A stretch of 62,756 nucleotides of DNA, counting the filler, from Pirum gemmata (taxonomy: Eukaryota), in assembly GCA_002812295.1 (NCBI GenBank). It is 25 parts of 25 records of this genome, joined end to end, with 100 filler letters (N's around TTAATTAATTAA, not from the genome) between each part and the next. Parts side by side here need not be neighbours in the genome. Positions count along the whole stretch, not along the records: positions 47,981 to 50,984 come from PDIN01007470.1; positions 51,085 to 53,314 come from PDIN01007471.1; positions 53,415 to 55,675 come from PDIN01007472.1; positions 55,776 to 58,036 come from PDIN01007473.1; positions 58,137 to 60,397 come from PDIN01007474.1; positions 60,498 to 62,756 come from PDIN01007475.1; 19 more parts are not named here. One strand, written 5' to 3'. Position numbers and translations under genes: made by a program. The notes under the pieces are model-generated. The model had not been told where the DNA came from. It made no database searches and worked only from the letters and a program-made list of their open reading frames with translations. Position 1 is the first letter of the stretch; each line of letters starts with the position of its first letter. Below, one piece after another: positions 48,290 to 61,751 of this stretch.

Positions 48290-49830
48290 ATGTGTTTTAT
48301 TATATATTATATATTATGTACCGAATATTATGTATATGTATTTTGTATTTTATGTTATGTATTTTGTATTATGTATTATGTATTATGTATTATGTATTAT
48401 GTATTATGTTTTATGTTTTGTGTATTATGTATTATTGTACTATGTATTATTGTATTATGTATTATTTGTATTATGTATTATGTATTATGTATTATGTGTT
48501 ATGTATTATGTATTATGTATTATGTATTATGTATTATGTATTATGTATTATGTATTATGTATTATGTATTATGTATTATGTATTATGTATTATGTATTAT
48601 GTATTATGTTTTTTGTATTATGCATTATGTATTATGCATTATGCATTATGTATTATGTATTATGTATTATGTATTATGTATTATGTATTATGTATATATG
48701 TATTATGTTTTTTGTATTATGCATTATGTTTTATGTATCATATGTTATGTATTATGTATTATGTAGTATGCATTGTGTATTATGTATAATGTGATATATA
48801 TCATGTATTGTTTATTCTACATAGTGTAATATGTATTATATATTATGCAGTATGGAATATGTATTATCTCTTATGTATTTGGCGTGTGGTATTATTTGTA
48901 TTATGTATTTATGTATTTATGTATTTATGTATTTATGTATATGTATTTATGTATTTATGTATTTATGTATTTATGTATTTATGTATTTATGTATTTATGT
49001 ATTTATGTATTTATGTATTTATGTATTTATGTTTTATGTATTTATGTNNNNNNNNNNNNNNNNNNNNNNNNNNNNNNNNNNNNNNNNNNNNNNNNNNNNN
49101 NNNNNNNNNNNNNNNNNNNNNNNNNNNNNNNNNNNNNNNNNNNNNNNNNNNNNNNNNNNNNNNNNNNNNNNNNNNNNNNNNNNNNNNNNNNNNNNNNNNN
49201 NNNTATGTATTATGTATTATGTATTATGTATTATGTATTATGTATTATGTATTATGTATTATGTATTATGTATTATGTATTATGTATTATGTATTATGTA
49301 TTATGTATTATGTAGTATGTATTATGTATTATGTAGTATGTGTTATGTGTTATGTGTTATGTATTATGTACTTTGTATTATGTATTATGTATTATGTATT
49401 ATGCATAATGTGATATATATTATGTATTGTTTATTCTACATAATGCAATGCAATATGTATTATGTATTATGTATTATGTATTATGTATTATGTATTGTGT
49501 ATTATCTCTATGTACTATGTATTATGTATTATTGTATTATGCATTATGCATTATGTATTTTTGTATTTATGTATTTATATATTTATGTATTTATGTATTT
49601 ATGTAATATGTAATATGTATTTTTAATGTATTATGTATTATGTATTATGTATTGTGTATTGTGTATTATATATTATGTATTATGTATTATGTATTATGTA
49701 TTATGTATTATATATTATATATTATATACTATATATTATATATTGTATATTGTATATTGTATACTATATATATTATGTTATGTATTATGCATTATGTATC
49801 ATGTATTATATATAATGCTTTTATATTATT
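48290..49830. repeat. (ATGTATT)n heptamer and (ATGTATTT)n octamer satellite in the UBA1 intron
   Basis: A ~1.5-kb tract that generates the MYYVLCI pseudo-ORFs. Confidence 0.97.
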
Positions 49831-50297
49831 TATCGTTAGTTAGTGGTTAGCGGTTGCTACTTGTTACTTATCGATTGTTAATTATTCCTTATTACTTATT
49901 TCTTATTACTTAAATTCCGCACATTTATAAAAAAAATGATTACTTATTTTTTATTACTTTACTTATTACCAATTACCTATTACCTATTATCTGTTACCTA
50001 TTGCCTATTCTCTATTCCTTATTTTTGTAGTTTTTATTTATTGTTTGTTAGTTTTCAGTTTTTAGTTTTGGCTTTAGTTGTTAGTTGTTAGTTGTTAGTT
50101 TGTAGATCGTAGTTTGTAATTATTATTTTGTAGTTTCTAGTTGTTAGTTTGGTTTTTGGTTTTAGTTATTATTATTATTANNNNNNNNNNNNNNNNNNNN
50201 NNNNNNNNNNNNNNNNNNNNNNNNNNNNNNNNNNNNNNNNNNNNNNNNNNNNNNNNNNNNNNNNNNNNNNNNNNATATATATATATATATACTATAC

Positions 50298-50787
50298 GTT
50301 CTGGAGTCTTTTTCTCCATTTGACAATTAAGTATTCGTTTTTTTCTTGACTTTTCTTTTTGCAGCGTTTGTTTTCGCAGAGGTTTTTGTTGATGAAGAAG
50401 TTGTTGTTTCTGTTGTTGTTGCTGTTGTTGCTGTTGTTGCTGTTGTTCCGTGTGAGTATTTACTTCAACTATAACATTATTATCATCACCATCATTATCA
50501 TCATCTTTATCATTACCATTATCATTACCATTACCATTAGTATTACCATTATCATTATCATTATCAACATCATAATTATTACTATTATCAGTATTATCAT
50601 TATTATCATAATCGCTGTTTAAAGAAATGTTACTATTACTATAGCTATCATATTCATCACCGGATGACATTGTGATTTCGCCAGATTCAGAAGTTGAACT
50701 TGAGTATAAATTGTGACTGTAATCGTCACAGTCTAATAACTTGGATAAACTTGTTCGTGTTCTTAATGGTGTATTAATTCCTTTCAT
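50298..50787 (-). CDS. Possible exon of a low-complexity S/D/N/Q-rich protein
   Basis: An open frame with non-repetitive segments and a possible donor (C|GTATAG) after KKTPE. No family recognised. Confidence 0.4.
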
Positions 50788-50862
50788 TGTTATTTCATAA
50801 TTACTGTTAGTTTGTTGTGGTTGTGGCTGTGGTTGTGGCTGTGGTTGTGGTAGTTGGCGTGG

Positions 50863-50907
<45 letters not shown>

Positions 50908-50950
50908 GCTATCATTATCGTTATTATTATTATTATTGTTATTGTTATCA

Positions 50951-50984
<34 letters not shown>

Positions 50985-51653
50985 NNNNNNNNNNNNNNNN
51001 NNNNNNNNNNNNNNNNNNNNNNNNNNNNTTAATTAATTAANNNNNNNNNNNNNNNNNNNNNNNNNNNNNNNNNNNNNNNNNNNNATAATAATAATAATAA
51101 TAAAAACAACAACAACAACAACAACAACAATAATAATGATAATAATAATAATAATAAATAATTTATAATATATCGTAACAGATCATAATGATAACATGAG
51201 AAGTTGAGAACTATCGTACCATTATTATTATGATATCGACGATATAGACTAGCTAGCTAGCTAGCTAGTAGGGGTCTATCACGATATAACTCCTTCCCTA
51301 ACTCCTTCCCGTAGACTATCATAGTAGTATCATATAGACCCCCGAGTCTAGCTAGGGGGTCTAGCTAGACTCCTCCAGTGCTGGGAGGGCTGGTACCTTG
51401 ACTAGCTAGCTTTTTTCTAAAGCTGTTCAGTTCAACATACCAAATTATACTTATTATAAAACTATGAGATGTTTTGGTATGTTATAAAGAATATTATAAT
51501 TTTAAAAAAGGTCAACTGTACACTTAAAAAGTATCAAATTAAAGATCAAAATGGCATACGTCATACTGATTAGTCTATAGTCTAGTCCAATAGTTTTTTA
51601 TCCAGAGTTTTTTTTATCAATAAATCTAAATTATATATGTAGACTAGTCACTA

Positions 51654-51832
51654 GCTTTTCATTTATTTTGTCACTACGAATATTTATTTGGTTGTTTATA
51701 ATATTTAAATTGATACTTTTAATTAAACATATATATAGTAAAATATACCAAATTAAATGAAATGGATTTATATTATATTAATTTGGTATTATTTATTGTA
51801 TATTTTATAATGACAAAACAACTGAACAACAC
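51654..51832 (+). mobile_element. MITE family A copy
   Basis: GCTTTTCATTTATTTTGTCAC ... TGACAAAACAACTGAACAACAC, flanked by CTAG-rich clusters. Confidence 0.8.
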
Positions 51833-53080
51833 TAGCTCAGAACACTAGCTAGCTAGCTAGCTAGCTAGTCTAGATAAAAAAAAAAAAGTAATAAGATTTA
51901 TCATATTAGAAAAACCAAAAAAAAATTGCTCGAAAATAAAATTCGAAAACGTAAATATTTCGAATGTTTGTCAAATTATCATTTGTTTTTGAATACTTTT
52001 TGAATCCAGTTTTTGGACCCCACTAGCTAGCTAGTTAGCTACTGATATCAGAGATATCATAGTACTTACTAGACTATGATAGTACTATGATAGTGTCTAC
52101 AACTAGACTACCACCACCAAAAGCACAAGCACAAGCACAACCACTACCACTACCACTACCACTACCATAACCACTATGATATGATACTACCACTCTATAG
52201 ACTACTATTAAAAATGATACCACCTAGCTACTACCACTACCACTACCACCACTGCTGCTAATTCCCACACAGGTCCCACATTTTTATAGTGTCTCTAGCT
52301 AGTCTACTACCAGTCTAGCTAGATGGTTTCGGGCTTAGTAGACCCCAACGCTGGCCAGTCTAGCTAACAGTTTAGCTAGTCTAGTCAGAGTCTAGCTAGT
52401 CTAGCTAGTCTAGCTAGCTAGCTAGTAGTAGACCTAGCTAGACCCCGGTCTACCAGCTAGCTAGGGTCTACCAGCAGGGTCCTAGCTAGTCTAGCTAGAG
52501 CAACAGGGTCTAGCTAGGCTAGGGTAAAGAAAATCGAACTGATAAGAATTTTTCGCAACAAAATCATCATAATTTATAATAAAAAATATCAAAATAATTA
52601 TTTGGTATCTTTTAATAATTGCTTTTACAAAAATAAAAATACCAAAATAATTGGTATGTGTCGCAAAAGCCTGTCAAAAGGGGTTAGAAATGCGAAATTA
52701 ATATTTTGCGCCTACCCCCCTAACACTCCCTAACAGTTCCCTAACACTTCCCTAACCCTACTTTGAACACTCTTTGAACACTCTTTGAACTCCCTGCTAT
52801 GCATAGTATGCATACTAAGCTAGCCTCTAGCTAGTAGTAGCTAGCTAGCTAGCTATCATACAGTAACTCTACTCTATCGATATCAAGTCTACTACTAGCT
52901 AGCTAGCTATCGATAGCTATCATCTCTCTAGCTAGTAGAGTAGCAGTTAGTCTATAGGTCATATGAAAATAAATCATATTGAGGATAATAATACTTACTC
53001 TACTCTTACTCTTACTATCGATACTACAAAATTTATTAAAATAATTTAGTTTTATTCATTATTCATTCATTCATTCATTT

Positions 53081-53119
<39 letters not shown>

Positions 53120-53632
53120 TTTGTTTATTTATTAATTCATTTACTTATTTATTTATTTAATCCACCATGTTATTTATTATTTATTATATGATACAATATC
53201 GATTTTTTTCACATTAGTTGAGTTAAATAACCTGTACCCCCACCACCAACCTCCTCACCAACACCACCGCCACCAATCTCACCACCAACACCAACACCAA
53301 CACCAACACCAACANNNNNNNNNNNNNNNNNNNNNNNNNNNNNNNNNNNNNNNNNNNNTTAATTAATTAANNNNNNNNNNNNNNNNNNNNNNNNNNNNNN
53401 NNNNNNNNNNNNNNATTATTATTATTATTATTATATTACCATTACCATTACCATTACCATTACCATTAATATTATCATTATCATTATCATTATCATTATC
53501 ATTATCATTATCATTATCATTATCATTATCATTATCATTGTCATTGTCATTAAGATCAGAAACCAAACATGATGCTAAGAAACGGTTCTACTCTCCTACT
53601 TCTAGATTCAATATTTATTTTGCTGTTATATT

Positions 53633-54943
53633 TTATTTCTTTCTCCCTTTGCATTTTCTTTTTTTGTTTGCAGTAGTTGGTTGCATTTTTTGACGTTTAT
53701 TATTATTACACTTACACTTCAACTTTAATAATTGCTTTATTTCCTCTTCTTTTTCTTCCAGTTTGCTTTGTAAAACTAGTACAGGGTCGTATTGTCTTAG
53801 AATGTTTGCCACGTTTATATTATTATGCTTTAAGGCCTCATCTAAAGGTGTATTGCCAGCTTTGTTTCGTTGTTGTATTTGTGGTTGTACGTTGTTTTCA
53901 CATTGCTCCAAAAGAAATTTAACTAAGTTTCCGTTTCCATTTGGATCTGCAGCAGCTAAATGAAGAGGTAAGTTTCGTTTTTCATCGGTTTGAAGAACGT
54001 CCGCGCCAGCTTTAAGTACTAAGAATTTTACCATTGGCAAGTTCATCTCATTTACTGCTGAGAAGAGCGGGCTCCTCCTCCTCATCAAATAATCCTCAAC
54101 TTCATTATTTACCTCTACACTTGTATTTTTAATTATGTATTTAACCATGGGCAAGTTGTTGTTTTCAACAGCTTCACAAAGGGCACGCGTTAATGAGTCT
54201 GGACTTAACTTAAAGGCGAGAAGTATAGCTTTCACCATTTCAATTTCAATCTTTTCCGACTGGTAAGTTAAGTATACGTTGTCTTTGTCAGCGAAATATA
54301 TCCTTTTATCACCAACTAGAGCTTTCACTATGTCTAAATGCTTACGATGGAAAGCTATTGTCAATGGAGAGTAACCGCTTGGGTTACCGATCTGGGATGC
54401 CCCATACTCACGCTCAAGTTGTGGATCGTAATAAGTAGATCCTTCCGTGTGTTCTGTTCGATTTACTGTTTCGCTATGACATTTAGATAAAACATATTTA
54501 ACAACATTTAGGTGGCCATGAGCTGCGGCTTCATACAAAGCCGTTTTAGCATTCATATCCGTACTATCGATATCTACATCAGCTTCTTCGACCAAGTATT
54601 TGACCAGCTTTAAGTGACCCCCTCTAGCAGCTAAACAAAGTGGATTCAAACCAAAGCAATAATATTCGCCTTTATTTAATCCATCAAAATTGGACAAGTC
54701 TTCCCATCTTTTTCTTTGTCCTTCTTTTATTCTTCTAATATTACCCTTTAAACACGCCTGTTTATAAGTCATTTTCCTTCCGGATTTATTGTTGCACTCG
54801 GATATATCGGATTCATCGGATTCATCGGATACATCCTCATCGGATTCATATGGATCCTCCACGTATTTGGCGTATTCGTCGTATTCGTCGTATTCCTCTT
54901 GGTTGTAGAATAAAAATTTATTTGCTGGTGCCGGTATATCCAT
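53633..54943 (-). CDS. Intronless ankyrin-repeat protein (436 aa from ATG 54943)
   Basis: About seven ankyrin motifs (PLCLAARGGH, TALYEAAAHGH, SPLTIA, ALCEAV, SPLFSAV, PLHLAA, TPLDEA), an acidic N-terminus, and a C-terminal coiled coil with a basic tail. The upstream ORF extension is low-complexity and probably UTR. Confidence 0.92.
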   Translation of the reverse strand: MDIPAPANKFLFYNQEEYDEYDEYAKYVEDPYESDEDVSDESDESDISECNNKSGRKMTYKQACLKGNIRRIKEGQRKRWEDLSNFDGLNKGEYYCFGLNPLCLAARGGHLKLVKYLVEEADVDIDSTDMNAKTALYEAAAHGHLNVVKYVLSKCHSETVNRTEHTEGSTYYDPQLEREYGASQIGNPSGYSPLTIAFHRKHLDIVKALVGDKRIYFADKDNVYLTYQSEKIEIEMVKAILLAFKLSPDSLTRALCEAVENNNLPMVKYIIKNTSVEVNNEVEDYLMRRRSPLFSAVNEMNLPMVKFLVLKAGADVLQTDEKRNLPLHLAAADPNGNGNLVKFLLEQCENNVQPQIQQRNKAGNTPLDEALKHNNINVANILRQYDPVLVLQSKLEEKEEEIKQLLKLKCKCNNNKRQKMQPTTANKKRKCKGRKK

Positions 54944-57900
54944 TATTTTACAGATTGAGGTAAAAAAAGAGCCACAATACGAGCTGTGTGTATCTGTTAG
55001 TATTAATATACTTAAAATTAATATTGTAATAAATGAAAAATACGGTAAAATTATATATGTTTGTATTTTTATTATTATTATTATTTTATTTTTATTATTA
55101 TTATTGTTATTATTATTATTTATATATACAATAGTTGTAGAATGTAGACTTTTAAAAAAAAACTCTAACAAAAAACACTCTTGAAAAAAACCTTTTGAAA
55201 GTTGAAACAAGTTTTCAAACAACTAAGCAACAAAACTGCAACAAAACAAAAAAAAGTTTTTTTACCTAATAAAAAAAGGTTGTTTGTTACAATTATTGGT
55301 TTATATAATTTTTAATTTCGACTTTCTGCCCCGAAAAGCTCGATTTCTGCCGAGCCGCCGAATTTCTAGTCTGTTTGGTCTGTTCGAAATTAAATTTTCG
55401 AGTTTATTAAGAAATAAATAGATTTGAAAATTTCGAGTTTATATTTTTATAGTGGTAGAATCAATCTCCTTTTTTTTTTTAAAATAAATCGAGTTAGAAA
55501 GGAAAAAACACCATTTTTGTCATTTCTCGAAAAAGGCCAAATTCTGCCCAGGCAGAATCTATTAACCCGAGACTGATTTTTCATAGAAGAATTTTTTTTT
55601 CAAAAATTAGCTCGAAACGGAAAATTGGGAAAATTCGAAATCGAGTCATAGTTTTAAATCAAAAAAAAAAAAAAANNNNNNNNNNNNNNNNNNNNNNNNN
55701 NNNNNNNNNNNNNNNNNNNTTAATTAATTAANNNNNNNNNNNNNNNNNNNNNNNNNNNNNNNNNNNNNNNNNNNNAAAAAAAAAAAAAAAAATTATTTTA
55801 TAAAACTTAGTAATCATTTTATTTTAGACTTCTTTTCTAAAACCTTTTATTATAACTAACCAAATTATTTTTAAAAACTGGCTATTGGTTCATAATAGAG
55901 TTTTAGTAGTTATATTAATTTCTCTTTTATTTGGTAGTACTTTTATTTACAATTTATTATTTTGAAACTTTTAGATTTGAGTTCATATGGCAGATATCGC
56001 CATTTTTATTAGGCTTGGTAGTTAAAAAAAAAAAAAAAAAAAAATTAACACCTTAGCTAGTAGCTACTACTAGAGTCTAGCTAGCTAGCTACTAGCTATC
56101 GATAGGAGTAGAGTCAGTAGACCAAATTGAAGGCCGACTCTACGCGCTGCGACGATACACAGTCATACACTCAGTAGACTCAATAAGACTCTAGGCTAGC
56201 TAGGACTGAAATATGTGCCTAGCTATCGATAGCTAGCTAGCTAGAGTCTAGCTAGCTATGTTACTATCTAACAGGCCATCTCATGAGCCCACGAGTTTTT
56301 AGAATCGTTGTATTTTTTCTAAAATGCGAAATTTAGAATAAACTATAGTTGAGAAAAGGGTTAGGGCGAGTAAACAGCAAGCAAGTGAAATAGTGACTTC
56401 TGAAAGGAAGATTAGAATTACCTTATTTGTAAAATATGGAATGAATATGGAAGGAAATTATTGATGAAAAAAAAACCAAATGGAGCTCTGTCCATTATAT
56501 ATTAATTAAATATGTCCGATTGTTATATTAAATATGTTCGAAAATGTTTAACGATTTTGCATAAAGTGATATTGAAAAACAGTGATGACAAGGTTGAAGT
56601 AGTGATGGACACCTTAGTTGAAAACAGGTCGAGTTTGGAAAAATCTTCTATTATATATTANGGTTATGGTTATGGTTATGGTTATGGTTATGGTTATGGT
56701 TATGGTTATGGTTATGGTTATGGTTATTGTTATATTGTTATTGTTTTTGTTATTGTTATAAAATACTGTTATTAATTAATTAATAGTAATATTGTTATTT
56801 TAAATTTTAATGTTATTGTTATAAAATTATTGCTATTGATGGATTAATATAGCTGTATTGTTATTGTTATATTGTTATTGTTATTGTTATAAATGATTGT
56901 TATTGTTATTTTAATGTTATTGTTATAAAATTATTGCTATTTATGTATTAATATAGATGTATTAGTATTGTTAACGTTATGGCTATGGTTATGGCTATGG
57001 TTATGGCTATGGTTATTGTTATTGTTATTGTTATGATTCTTGATAATATTGTTATTGTTATTATTATTTAAAATTTTAAATGTTATTTTTATTGATATTG
57101 ATATTGTTATTGTTATAATTATTATTATTATATATTGTTATAAAATTATTGCTATTGTTATTGATATTGTTATTGTTACAACGTTAGCTATAATAATATT
57201 GTTATTGTTATTAATATTGATGTATTGATATATTGATATATATATATATATTGATTATTATATTGATAATATAATTGATGTATTAATAGATACATTAATA
57301 CATCGATTATATTATCAATATAATATCAATATATATATATATTAATATCAATATAATTATATTAATACGTGTATTGGTATGTGTTCCTCATGATGTATTA
57401 TTGATTCATTGAATGTATTGATGTATTATTGATATACTGATGTGTTGGTGTATTCATATGTTATGTTTTAAAGCATTGAAATTATATATTAATATAATGT
57501 GCTGATGTATGGCCATGGGTATATCATGCGTGTGTTGGTGTATTGTGTACTGATGTAAAACCTATATTAATATTGATGACACATTGTGTTAAATATTGAT
57601 CATGATGTATATAATATATTGATTGATGTATTGATGTATTGATGAATTGCAATTGATGTATTGATGTATTGGTGTACATGACATTGTATTGGTGTAATGA
57701 TATGATATATTTATATTGATGTGTTTACGTATTTATATTGTAAATTACATATTGAACAATAGCAAAAATTTTATAACTATTATTAACAATAACAATAACA
57801 ATAATAACAAAAAAAAAGTGATGGAAAACAGGAGTTTTTTGAACTCTTTCTTGTGAAAAATCAAGATTATAATATGGACAATGATGTCCCTGCAGTTTCC

Positions 57901-58762
57901 CTACTACAGTTCTACTACTATTTTTTTTAGTTTTCTTAAGGGGCTCGTAGTGGGATTGGGTTTTAAAAAGTTAAAATTTTAATTACCAATTAATTGATGT
58001 ATTGTTGTCACATGTTGTTTTGTATATCAAGAGGTTNNNNNNNNNNNNNNNNNNNNNNNNNNNNNNNNNNNNNNNNNNNNTTAATTAATTAANNNNNNNN
58101 NNNNNNNNNNNNNNNNNNNNNNNNNNNNNNNNNNNNGGGTGGGTGGGTGGGTGGGTGGATTTTAAAAGTATATACCAATTCAAAATAATAAAAACAGCAG
58201 CCATAGCGTAAATCACCAATGATGACAAGTTTTAGTGGAGGTGTTGAGTTTTCCTGATTCTTGTTCTTTCAGCTTCGGCTGCTGTTGAAGTGTGTTTTTG
58301 TTTTATTTGTTTACTTATGCGAGGGGTGTTGAATATTGACATTGGATTAATATTTTGATATTGGTAATGAAACAGAAGTTGTTGAAAAATAGATATAAAG
58401 TTGGTGATAACTATTGTGATGAGTTACTATTAACATTGACACTGACATTGGTATTGGTACTGGGTATTGGTTGGTATTGGTTTTGGTATTAGTGTTAGTA
58501 TTAGTTTTAGTTTAGTTATTAGTGTTAGTATTAATTTTGGGTAGTGGGTATTATTGCGGTATTGATCAGACAAGGCATTGGTGTGGGTACTAGTAGGATA
58601 GTGATAGAACAACAACGCGATATAGAAACAGCAGCAATAGCAGCGCGAAAAAGTTCAATCGTTCGATGACGACAAGACCGTTTTTGAAATCATGAAATTC
58701 AACAACAATAGCGATTGGGGTGAGAAGTTTCAGATTGTGTTAAAAAATTGAAATGCATAAGC

Positions 58763-59185
58763 TCAAAATAAATTATTCATTTGATAATTTAAAAAGACTG
58801 TTTGTGAAGGCATGATTTCACAACATTGGTTGGATGAGTGGGTGAGAAGATTAAGGGATTCGTTAAAGAAATTGAAGTACACTGGCTCGCCTGGGGGAAT
58901 CCACTGTCTAGTACAAAGGTAAAGGCCATTATTTTTACTTTTTATTTTTCCTTTTTTAACATTTTCTAGTAGTATTTCATTATCTTCTGGTATTTTGTAC
59001 TTTTTTCTGGATTTTTCTTCTGATGTTGGCTCTTCATCTTTGCATACTTTTTCACTTTCTTCCCCTTCTTCTTCTAATAAGAGTGCGCCGGCGTCGGCGT
59101 CGGCGTCATTTAAACTTTCACCATTTATGTCTACAATGTCTGCAATTTCCTTATCCGTACTATTTTCTTTAACCACCCCACTCAT
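58763..59185 (-). CDS. Unknown acidic 140-aa ORF, possibly a truncated gene
   Basis: ATG-initiated and non-repetitive. Coding-like sequence continues past the TGA with further stops. Confidence 0.4.
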   Translation of the reverse strand: MSGVVKENSTDKEIADIVDINGESLNDADADAGALLLEEEGEESEKVCKDEEPTSEEKSRKKYKIPEDNEILLENVKKGKIKSKNNGLYLCTRQWIPPGEPVYFNFFNESLNLLTHSSNQCCEIMPSQTVFLNYQMNNLF

Positions 59186-59621
59186 TGTTTTGAGGCAAAG
59201 AATGACAAAAAAATATTTTTTTCCAAGTAATATTTGATTTTAATAAGCGAATTGCAGAAGGTGATTTTTTAAATATTTAATATTTATTTTAAAATTTAAT
59301 AGTTTGATCATCAGGGATGATACGGTGTCACTGTCACTCTACAAATAGTATAATATTAATAATAGTAACTAAGCTATAATGGTTTTTTTATGGGTTTAAC
59401 GTGGTTTATCTATCGTTATCATAGTTTCTTCCCAGCTAGTTCAACTTTCCCAGAAGGAGCAAGAAACCAACTTTCTACAGATTCGTATATACCCAGTATC
59501 AGATATATTATGATAATAATATTATATTATTAGATGATCTCTTGATGATAAAAAAATTATAACTATCTACTATCATATTATTATGTCATAATAATATTAT
59601 ATTATCATACCGATACACAGA

Positions 59622-59890
59622 GGGAGCGTTCAATAATTACGTAACGCTGGGGGGTAGGTAGGGGGGGTCGGATTTTTGTGACAGGCCGTGACGCAGTAGG
59701 GGGGTAGGTTTTCGTAATATGACATANAATATGACATATATAACATGAGGGGTAATTTAGGGTACTATTTTTTCCAATCGTTACGTCATAAGGGGTAGGT
59801 AGTCCTTCTCAAACGTGACAGCCGTTACACGGGGGGTAGTAGGGTAGGTTTTTGTCCCAAATCGGCGTTACGTAATTATTGAACGCTCCT
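59622..59890. mobile_element. MITE family F, PIF/Harbinger-like, 26-bp TIR
   Basis: GGGAGCGTTCAATAATTACGTAACGC ... GCGTTACGTAATTATTGAACGCTCCT (25/26), with internal GGGGGTAGGT repeats. A related end at ~32424 is preceded by TTA, the typical Harbinger target. Confidence 0.85.
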
Positions 59891-60519
59891 ATCTGACTAC
59901 TCTACACTGTCTACACTGACTCTACAGGGCTTCAGGAGTGCTCCAAAAAAATTTATGTATGATATATTAATAGTATATTAATAGTAATTTTTAAATCTTT
60001 ACCGGTATATTAAAATATATATTACCATATATGGTATCGTGGAAATTTTCATATATCAGGTCTAGCTAGAGCTTCTAGCTAGCTAGCTAGCTAGTAGAGG
60101 CTGTAGACTCAGTGTAGAGCCCCTTAGTTCCTTAGTTAGCTATCCAGATATCGATACTTAGTTAGCCCTTGGTTAGAGCCCTTGGTGGGTGTAGAGTTAC
60201 ACTGTAGACCGTGTAGACTCTGGGCAGTCAGCTAGCTAGCTACTAGCTATAGCTAGTAGGGCAGTCAGTGTTTTTTTTTTGTGCAAAAACGGCAAAAAAC
60301 AGTAGGGGTTTTCTTATCGAGCCAACCTTAGTTCCGTGTTCCTTACTAATAATAGCAGTTAAATAGCTTAAAATAGTAAATCTAATTATAGTACTTANNN
60401 NNNNNNNNNNNNNNNNNNNNNNNNNNNNNNNNNNNNNNNNNTTAATTAATTAANNNNNNNNNNNNNNNNNNNNNNNNNNNNNNNNNNNNNNNNNNNNTAA
60501 TTTTTTTTAATAAATAAAA

Positions 60520-61147
60520 TTAAAATTTTTTAAAAAAAAGAAGAAAAAAAAAACTGTCGTTGAGAAAACATTGACCTTGGTGATCCCACGAACAGTTAGT
60601 GGGGTAAAAAAAAGTACTGTACAAGCTCAACAGTTTCAATAACTTAATTATATTATTCCTTGAATTAAAAAATAACGTGGCTTTTTGTTGACTAGTTTTT
60701 ACAAGTGTCAGTAACATTCATTTAAAAAAAAACATTTTCTAGTGGGATGTCCTTATATAGTACCACACAATTTGCCATTGTGTTTAACTTTAGTATTACT
60801 AAAGCTTCGATTTTCATTCAAACTATTGGTAAATATGGGAATGCACTGATTCGGTGATTTCTTACTGTTTTGAAATTAAAAACGATAAAGAAAATCTTCT
60901 ATCTCATAAACACCACAAAACGACAAGATGTCTTAATTAATGTTGCTTTTTTGTTGTTTTTGTTGTTTTCATCATATTTTACCAACTTTGAAACTAAAGC
61001 TTTTATATTTCTTTGTCTGACAAAATTTCGTTTTCCATTAACTCTGTAATTTTATTTTTGTCTTCTTCCTCGTTATGACCCATGGCAAGATCCATTTCTT
61101 CAAATAATTGCTTCTCTTTTTCTTTGTTGACTTGTAAATTTTTCTCT
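60520..61147 (-). pseudogene. Decayed coding-like sequence
   Basis: The acceptor TTTTTAG| leads into EKNLQVNKEKEKQLFEEMDLAMG..., then frameshifts and stops. No family recognised. Confidence 0.3.
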
Positions 61148-61197
61148 CTAAAAATAATACACAAAGGGGGAGTTTAATATCTATTTAGTAGAGCTTT

Positions 61198-61238
<41 letters not shown>

Positions 61239-61324
61239 ATTTTTTTTTTTATTTTTTTTTTTTTTTTTTTTTTGTATTATAAAGCAGCCTGGTAAGACTA
61301 ACATGCTTGATTGAATGTCCATTC

Positions 61325-61714
61325 TTAATGGTTGGGGTTAGGTGGTGTAGCTATGGATGGGTATTGAATATTAAATGTTGAATATAACAATAAGTTATTA
61401 AAAAATTTAACGGTTGATTCGTTTTTATATTTGGTATTACAAGTTCGTTAACGAAGGAAAACTGTCTTACCGTTTAAAAATGAGTGATTCAACAATAAAA
61501 TAGCAATACACCACCAAACGATGAACATCAACAATAAACAACAAATACTAATACTGATTGAAAACACTAAAAACTAACCACCAAACTTCAAAATTCACAA
61601 GCAAAAAAATTAAAAAATGTTACTAGAATGAATGTGATAATTCAATCAAACAAACAATAAAACAAGCACAGCCAGACATGGCAACAATAACAGCAATAGT
61701 AAATATAAATATGC

Positions 61715-61751
<37 letters not shown>

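Noticed and set aside
48251..49850. Long MYYVLCI ORFs and other poly-L/I/N/RV/LT/SF ORFs in the track
   Set aside because: They are stop-free translations of microsatellites, open in several frames at once.
58560..58765. TGA readthrough or alternative genetic code
   Set aside because: Conserved genes (UGP, UBA1, OCRL, ankyrin) translate cleanly with the standard code. The scattered in-frame stops fit pseudogene decay.
2275..60453. Regularly spaced TTAATTAATTAA as a biological repeat, and gene neighbourhoods across it
   Set aside because: It is always centred in N44 flanks, so it is an assembly linker. No operon or cluster inference across linkers is valid.
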